Positions 61,938 to 64,000 of a stretch of 64,000 bases of DNA are shown here, in pieces. Source of the DNA: Gammaproteobacteria bacterium (lineage in GTDB: Bacteria; Pseudomonadota; Gammaproteobacteria; Eutrophobiales; Eutrophobiaceae); assembly GCA_965198875.1 (NCBI GenBank), contig CBDAPU010000001.1:131146-195145 (forward strand). The letters are read 5' to 3'. The number at the start of each line of letters is the position of its first letter. The first letter of the stretch is position 1. The notes below the pieces were generated by a model that was given only the letters and a program-made list of their open reading frames with translations, was not told the origin of the DNA and did no database searches. The position numbers and the translations under genes were made by a program.

Positions 61938-63140
61938 CTAATTCCTGCGAAGTTTATCGGAGATGGCGATCGGGGTTGGATAATGCAACACAATCACATA
62001 GGAGGAAATGACGAATGTTATCAGTGTCGCCAGCTGAATAAGGTAGGAGGTATTTTGCTGGATAAAACCGGACTCAACCGCTAATACGGCGATCAAAAAT
62101 GAGAACTCGCTGATCTGCCCTAGCCTGAAACCCACTTCTCTGGATACGGCTCTCTTCTCACGGGCCTTGACGAACAGGGCCTCAAACACAACGGGTTTGA
62201 CGACAACAGCGCAGGTCGCCAGCAAAATAGCCGGGGCCAGAATATCCAAAACAATGCCCATGTTAAAAGAGGCGCCCAGTGAAAAGAAGAAGATGATCAA
62301 AAAGAAGTCGCGTAGCGGTTTTAGTTTCTCCGTGATAAAAAATGCGATCGGGCTTGAGGCCAATGTCACCCCGGCTATAAAAGCGCCAATCTCATGTGAG
62401 AGGCCGAACAACACGGCTATCTCTGCAATGGCCAGACACCAGGCTATGGCAAGGAGGAAGATATATTCATGGATCTGATCAAAGCGCATGATCAATTTAA
62501 CCAGGATATATCTCTCCAGTAGCCAGGAGATAACAATCAGCACCGGCAATGCGAGCAACAACACACCGATATCGGAGATCAGGCGCTCACCCCTACCATA
62601 ACCCTGTAGTAGCAGTAACACGATAATGGCGATGAGATCCTGAATTAACAACACACTGACTATCATCTGCCCGGTGTGTTTATGGTGTAGCACGGTGGTC
62701 GGCAGCAGCTTTACCCCGATAATCGTGCTTGAGAACATCATCACTGCGCCCACCAGGATTGACTCCATCAGCGAATAGGAAAAACCCCAGGCAACGCAAA
62801 ACCCCAGTAGAAAAAAAACAAGGGAGCTGAAGACGGTGGCCCAAAGCGCCTCCCCCAGCATCTTCCATAGCTGCTGAGGCAGTAGCTCAAGACCCAGCAG
62901 ATAAAGCAGGAAAATGATCCCGATATTGGAAATATCGGCGATCAGATCCGCATCGTTCACAAGCCCCGTCCCCCAGGGCCCCAACATGATCCCCAGCACA
63001 ATATAGGCGACGATCATCGCTTGACGGGCGTAGAGCGCTAATGTCGCCAATACGGCGGCGCCGGTAAACACCAGAAACAGGGAGAACTCAATACCCGAGT
63101 GTGTCATGAATAAATCGTGGTTATGGGGAATTGCGATCAT
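61938..63140 (-). CDS. cation:proton antiporter (CPA2/Kef-type Na+/H+ exchanger family)
   Basis: Multi-TM protein with an exchanger-family signature (IVLGIMLGPWGTGLV). Start taken at 63140 (MIAIPHNHDLFMTHSG). The ORF track extends to 63227. Confidence 0.7.
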   Translation of the reverse strand: MIAIPHNHDLFMTHSGIEFSLFLVFTGAAVLATLALYARQAMIVAYIVLGIMLGPWGTGLVNDADLIADISNIGIIFLLYLLGLELLPQQLWKMLGEALWATVFSSLVFFLLGFCVAWGFSYSLMESILVGAVMMFSSTIIGVKLLPTTVLHHKHTGQMIVSVLLIQDLIAIIVLLLLQGYGRGERLISDIGVLLLALPVLIVISWLLERYILVKLIMRFDQIHEYIFLLAIAWCLAIAEIAVLFGLSHEIGAFIAGVTLASSPIAFFITEKLKPLRDFFLIIFFFSLGASFNMGIVLDILAPAILLATCAVVVKPVVFEALFVKAREKRAVSREVGFRLGQISEFSFLIAVLAVESGFIQQNTSYLIQLATLITFVISSYVIVLHYPTPIAISDKLRRN

Positions 63141-63709
63141 TATGGTGCAGTTCCGCCGCCTAGTCATGTATCCTGAGCAGGTGATGTTGAAGTCCCTGTG
63201 GTGAAGGGCGGCGCCACCCAGGCTCATACCACCAGGCCATTGATTTTATAAGGAATCGAAAATCCCATGGCCGGTGTTCGGCCTTAAAGATGAGCCTGGG
63301 CGCCTGTCATTTTAAGACAGGGAAAAATGCCCGAGGTGATTGTAGGCAAGGGTTTCAGCGATATGGTATTAGAGATAAAAAACACCCATTTTGCGAGACC
63401 GTGTTGTTAATGCCAAAGATGTATTCGCACGAGGCCGCATCCCCATCAACGCCATTGGAGGGTATGACTGGCCAGGTTCAAAGGGCGGTCAAAACACATG
63501 CCCCATCTGCACTTGAGGGAAACCGGCCGGTGCTTCAACCATCGTCATTCCAACACCGCTAGAATCCTGCTAAAGTTCCTGCTGGAAGGCCCGCTCTGCC
63601 AGAAGGGCCTTAAATAAAAAGTTGCGCCCTGCCCCCTGATCTCCGGGTTAATGTCGCCTTCAGGCAAACACTGGAGGGCTCATAGGGCACATCAACGGGA
63701 GACGCCGAT

Positions 63710-64000
63710 ATGATCGATAAAAATACCATCAAGCTCAGCCTTATGGCTTGCGCTCTTTTCTGGGTCACTGCAGATCCCGCAAGCGCGCAAAACATAGATG
63801 TCGGCCGCCGACCCATCGAAGAGATCATTGTTCTCAAAGATATCATTGTTACTGCAACAAAACGAGAAGAGAGCACGCAGGACATTCCTGTTGCCGTGCA
63901 AGCCCTCGGCGCTACAACACTAGAGCAAACCGATGTGGATATCTTCACGGATTACCTGCTTCAGCTTCCTGGCGTCTCCGCCGGCGGTAGCGGGCCAGGT
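63710..64000 (+). CDS. TonB-dependent receptor, N-terminal part (continues beyond the window)
   Basis: ATG 63710 gives MIDKNTIKLSLMACALFWVTADPASAQNIDVGRRPIEEIIVLKDIIVTATKREESTQDIPVAVQALGATTLEQTDVDIFTDYLLQLPGVSAGGSGPG, i.e. signal peptide plus plug-domain start. No stop before the window end. Confidence 0.7.
   Translation, partial: MIDKNTIKLSLMACALFWVTADPASAQNIDVGRRPIEEIIVLKDIIVTATKREESTQDIPVAVQALGATTLEQTDVDIFTDYLLQLPGVSAGGSGPG

Overview
This window reads as a gammaproteobacterial chromosome segment with two parts. Coordinates ~1-29,240 hold a large accessory catabolic/uptake island. It contains two paralogous Na+/solute symporters (SSF family), three TonB-dependent receptors (one disrupted by a 22-nt poly-C tract plus a second frameshift), a Tat-signal arylsulfatase, a LacI regulator, a HisD-family dehydrogenase, a MetE-like (cobalamin-independent methionine synthase fold) protein, an HpcH aldolase, an Asp/Glu racemase, an amidohydrolase-2 enzyme, an SDR, a bicupin and a thioesterase. 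Most striking are six intact and one degraded paralogs of a ~330-380 aa protein made of two tandem NTF2/SnoaL-like (predicted ester cyclase-like) domains. At least six transcription units in the island carry the same 14-bp element TTGCATTCGAAGTA just upstream, and four promoter regions share a second element TTTCCTGTnGT. The island also holds a decayed 3' remnant of aceE (pyruvate dehydrogenase E1) and a decayed fragment of a seventh tandem-NTF2 paralog. Coordinates ~29,250-64,000 are core housekeeping: cpdA, asnS, yoaA/dinG-family helicase, efp, parC, parE, xseB, ispA, folE2, mazG, moaB, hslR, a MATE transporter, nitroreductase, the MoxR-DUF58-transglutaminase triad and a Kef-type antiporter. 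Embedded between parC and parE are a PQQ sugar dehydrogenase and an apparent type II restriction-modification insertion: a beta-class N4/N6 DNA methyltransferase with a ~130-aa N-terminal extension plus a downstream uncharacterised ORF. No rRNA, tRNA or CRISPR arrays were recognised. All calls rest on reading the translated ORFs and the nucleotide sequence by eye; no database searches were run.
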